From NCBI GenBank assembly GCA_048938895.1, contig JBHLLU010000010.1, positions 34,001 through 98,000 on the forward strand: a stretch of DNA of 64,000 nt. The letters are read 5' to 3'. This document shows positions 60,956-64,000 of this stretch, piece by piece (position 1 is the stretch's first letter; the number at the start of each line of letters is the position of its first letter). The position numbers and the translations under genes are program-made. A model generated the notes under the pieces. The model saw only the letters and a program-made list of their open reading frames with translations, ran no database searches and was not told the DNA's origin. This DNA comes from Promethearchaeota archaeon (lineage in GTDB: Archaea > Asgardarchaeota > Lokiarchaeia > Sigyniarchaeales > SOKP01).

Positions 60956-61848
60956 AGCTTCAGTATATAATCCTTTAAAAATTCCATTAAAACTTTTTCA
61001 ACTTTAGGAATTCCCTTAAAACTTGGGAAATCATTCAAATCAATTATATACATTTTGTCTTGATTAATAGGTTTGACCAAATCAAATCCAAATATTTTAA
61101 GGTTTAACTCTTTTGATAAAATTTGAGATAAACTTATTGTTTCTTCTGTAATTTTTAACTCTTCTCTTTCAATTAGACTTACATCAATAGTCTCTGGTTT
61201 TTCTCGTAAGTATATATAGATTGGGTTTTCTCTTTTAATTCCAAAAACTTTTTCTCCAATTACATATATTTTTCGTTCATAGCCGTCACATTCAATGAAT
61301 TCTTGAATATAAACATCATAGTATAAGAACTGATTATACATTTCACAAAATTTATCAATATCTTCAATTTTCTGAACTAGAAAATTAAAACGATTGTATT
61401 TATCATGTTGATAATGACTTTTAATAACTAAAGGTAATTTAGATAATGCCCATTCTTTAAATCTGTCGACATCTGATAAAGTATAATTCCATGATTTAGG
61501 AATTAAAAAGTTTTCTAACTCATTTTTATTATCTTCAAAGATTTTTCTTAATTTATAATCTAAAGCAATTTTATTTTTGCATAATAAAATAGTGTCAATA
61601 TCATGTAGAGTTGGAATGTTATAAAGCTTAGCAAAATGTAATAAATCAATAGAGCATTCATTTCTTACTTTCACAATTAATAAATCTGCTTTTTTGAATG
61701 AAGAAGGCATTTCTGAAAGGCAGAAAAAATCTTGTTGAGGATCATGCAGAATTACATCAATTTCTTGTATTTGTTGTAAATCATTAATTAATTGAGAAAT
61801 TACATCATGATCCTGTCGTGCGGATAATATTACCTTTCGTTTCATCAT
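60952..61848 (-). CDS. ATP-grasp enzyme, ITPK1-like or RimK-like
   Basis: PLVIK, IQEFI...KIYVIGE, FGFDLV...IIDLNDFPSF. Confidence 0.75.
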   Translation of the reverse strand: MMKRKVILSARQDHDVISQLINDLQQIQEIDVILHDPQQDFFCLSEMPSSFKKADLLIVKVRNECSIDLLHFAKLYNIPTLHDIDTILLCKNKIALDYKLRKIFEDNKNELENFLIPKSWNYTLSDVDRFKEWALSKLPLVIKSHYQHDKYNRFNFLVQKIEDIDKFCEMYNQFLYYDVYIQEFIECDGYERKIYVIGEKVFGIKRENPIYIYLREKPETIDVSLIEREELKITEETISLSQILSKELNLKIFGFDLVKPINQDKMYIIDLNDFPSFKGIPKVEKVLMEFLKDYILKL

Positions 61849-61953
61849 AATTGTAAAGTATTTAGAATAAACTTTCTTAGAACTAGTATTTTTTTAAAAC
61901 TTTATTTTGAATTAAAACAAATTATATGTATAAATATCTATCGTGATAAATTT

Positions 61954-63255
61954 ATGGAAAAAATTGAGAAGAAAAAGGCGTTTAACAGCTTCATAAAGAG
62001 CCAAATCATAATGATCGGGGTTCTCTTCATCGGAGATCAGCTTTTCGGCTTTTTTGAGCAAAACTTCTTTAATACTTACATTGAGCACATCCTTGAATTA
62101 AGGTACATATACATCGCAATAATGGTAAATTTGTCTGCTCTTATGGGATTGATCTTTAACCTCACATGGGGAACCATATCTGATAACACAAGAAGTAGAT
62201 TTGGTAGAAGAAGACCATACCTTTTATTTGGAGGAGTAACTTCGGGAGTAGCTATGATTCTTTATAGTTTTTCACCAGATTATTTTTGGGTCATCATCTT
62301 TGATGTAATTATTATAGGAGTAGCATCTAATGCGTATTTTTCTTCTGAACGAGCATTGATTCCAGATACCGTAGATAAAGAGCACAGAGGACGAGCAAAT
62401 GGAATGATAACTGTTTTTGGGAACCTTGGGATCTTAATTGCAGTAGCATTCTTTCTCCTTGTTTATGAATTATTTGCTGTTCCCGATCCAGGAGATCCAA
62501 CAGAAAATATTTTAACAATTGAAGGATATTTTTTTATTTTAACCTCAGGAGGAATTTTCTTCATATTTACGGGATTTTTAGGTTTTTTCAAAATTAAAGA
62601 AAAACCTGTCGAAGAACTACCCCCAAGAAAGAAATTTGGTGAAGATTTAAAAGCATTATTCAACCGGCGAACAGTTTTTGAACATAAAGATTTCTTTAAA
62701 TTGATTGGCGCTTATATTATTTTTAAAACTGGCATAAACTTAGTACTTCCATTCTTGTTTAACTTCTTATTTGATCTTGGGTTGTCAACACTTGAGTTAT
62801 TAATGGGAATTGCTGTTGGGTTTCCAGTACTGGTAATAAGCACTCTATTCATGGGTAGAATTTCTGATAAATATGGGAGAAAGAAGTTCCTTCCAGTTTT
62901 CATATTAATTGCTAGTATAGGATTTTTTACAATGCTTTTTGTAAAAAATCCTGTTACGTCGGAGGTGAATTTAGGCATTTTCATCTTTTCTTTACCATTT
63001 ATTTTGATAGGAATTCTTGGTTTAACAGCACCTTTAGATGCATGGAGTCAGGATTTACTTCCAGAAGACATGCGTGGGAAATTTGGTGGTATTTATAACT
63101 TAATGTGGGTTATTTCTCAATTTATTGGTAGTACTGCGGGAGGGATAATTGGAGATACTATTGGTTTAGTGTGGATATTTCTCTTTGGCCCTATAATATT
63201 AATTGTTTCAATCCCATTCTTCCTAAATGTGAAAGAGACCTTAGACACAATATAA
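61954..63255 (+). CDS. MFS transporter
   Basis: 12 TM; GTISDNTRSRFGRRRPY and GRISDKYGRK motifs. Confidence 0.9.
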   Translation: MEKIEKKKAFNSFIKSQIIMIGVLFIGDQLFGFFEQNFFNTYIEHILELRYIYIAIMVNLSALMGLIFNLTWGTISDNTRSRFGRRRPYLLFGGVTSGVAMILYSFSPDYFWVIIFDVIIIGVASNAYFSSERALIPDTVDKEHRGRANGMITVFGNLGILIAVAFFLLVYELFAVPDPGDPTENILTIEGYFFILTSGGIFFIFTGFLGFFKIKEKPVEELPPRKKFGEDLKALFNRRTVFEHKDFFKLIGAYIIFKTGINLVLPFLFNFLFDLGLSTLELLMGIAVGFPVLVISTLFMGRISDKYGRKKFLPVFILIASIGFFTMLFVKNPVTSEVNLGIFIFSLPFILIGILGLTAPLDAWSQDLLPEDMRGKFGGIYNLMWVISQFIGSTAGGIIGDTIGLVWIFLFGPIILIVSIPFFLNVKETLDTI

Positions 63256-63406
63256 AAAATATCTTATCTTTTATTTTAATTTTTAATATATTGAAAAATT
63301 ATTTTCTTTGAGGTTCAACAATTATTTTAATCCATTAATTTAACTACCTAAGGTTCTGGGAATAATAGTGCTCTCATTTTTATAATCTTCTTAGAAAATA
63401 TTTAGT

Positions 63407-64000
63407 TTATAATCCTTTTATTCCATCAATTAACATCATTAGTATGGTTTTTATGTCTATGTTTAATCCTTCTTTCAATTGTTCCTTTAGTGCAGATGGA
63501 TCAAAATTCTTATTTACGTGTTTTACCCATTCTAAATAGTTCATCGAAATGATTTGATCGATATCAAATTCTTGTTTTAATTCTTCTCCTAAATTTAATA
63601 TTTCTTTATGTGAAATTTGTATTTTTTCATTTTCCTTTAATAATATTAATGGGGGTAAACAATAATGATCCGCAAACGAGATCGTCTCAGAGGGAGGCAT
63701 ATCACCTATATATGGCGCTATGATTAAATTGAACTTTAAATTTTTACCACTATAACTTGGTGCAGCAGATTGATTATGGTTAGAAAATTTCTCCCCAAGA
63801 ATAGCAGCATGTCCACATCCTTCGGTCCAATATTTAAGCATTTCCCCATGATAATTTCCAAAAGGATTAATTCTTACTTCTTGCCCACCCTTTCCAGAAA
63901 ATCCATTCTTCTTGATTTTCAAAGGAGTAAAAGCAAAGTTAGCTGCTTTTAAGGCATTGTATCCAATTAATAATCCTTTTTTACGGTCAGTGAGTGCCAT
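63407..64000 (-). CDS. hypothetical protein, C-terminal part (5' end beyond window)
   Basis: Open frame reaches the window edge; no family recognised. Confidence 0.6.
   Translation of the reverse strand: MALTDRKKGLLIGYNALKAANFAFTPLKIKKNGFSGKGGQEVRINPFGNYHGEMLKYWTEGCGHAAILGEKFSNHNQSAAPSYSGKNLKFNLIIAPYIGDMPPSETISFADHYCLPPLILLKENEKIQISHKEILNLGEELKQEFDIDQIISMNYLEWVKHVNKNFDPSALKEQLKEGLNIDIKTILMMLIDGIKGL

Noticed and set aside
1-64000. CRISPR arrays, transposases, prophage genes, rRNA
   Set aside because: No regularly spaced repeats or recognisable transposase, integrase, capsid or rRNA sequence found by eye.

Overview
AT-rich archaeal chromosome segment, most likely from an Asgard archaeon of the Lokiarchaeia type. 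This is inferred from its roadblock, longin, gelsolin, PCI and Rab-like proteins, aCPSF1, CofE, an archaeal A1-U72 tRNA-Gln and an EF-2 paralog. The left part holds housekeeping and metabolic genes: folP, cofE, asnS-gatA-gatB, beta-oxidation enzymes, an orphan DNA methyltransferase, two GT87-like glycosyltransferases, hisA, aCPSF1 and purN. The standout region is a ~14.7 kb minus-strand chemosensory cluster (38.7-53.4 kb). In it cheW, cheY, cheA, a cheW-cheC-cheC fusion, cheB x2, cheD and cheC are interleaved with eukaryote-signature-like genes: a longin-type protein, a gelsolin-domain protein, a roadblock/Rab-like GTPase fusion with a natural switch-II Gln-to-Leu change, and a cytoplasmic multi-Ig protein. 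No cheR, cheF, archaellum gene or intact receptor is in the window, only an apparent MCP stub. The layout suggests a Che pathway wired to small-GTPase/actin-type outputs (inference). Other observations are a tRNA-Gln(CUG) with a 33-nt D-loop insert, an adjacent 135-bp long hairpin, a Zn-finger/PCI-repeat/appendage-like protein, an ITPK1-like ATP-grasp enzyme and several probable non-canonical start codons. All family assignments come from motif recognition by eye; no searches were run.
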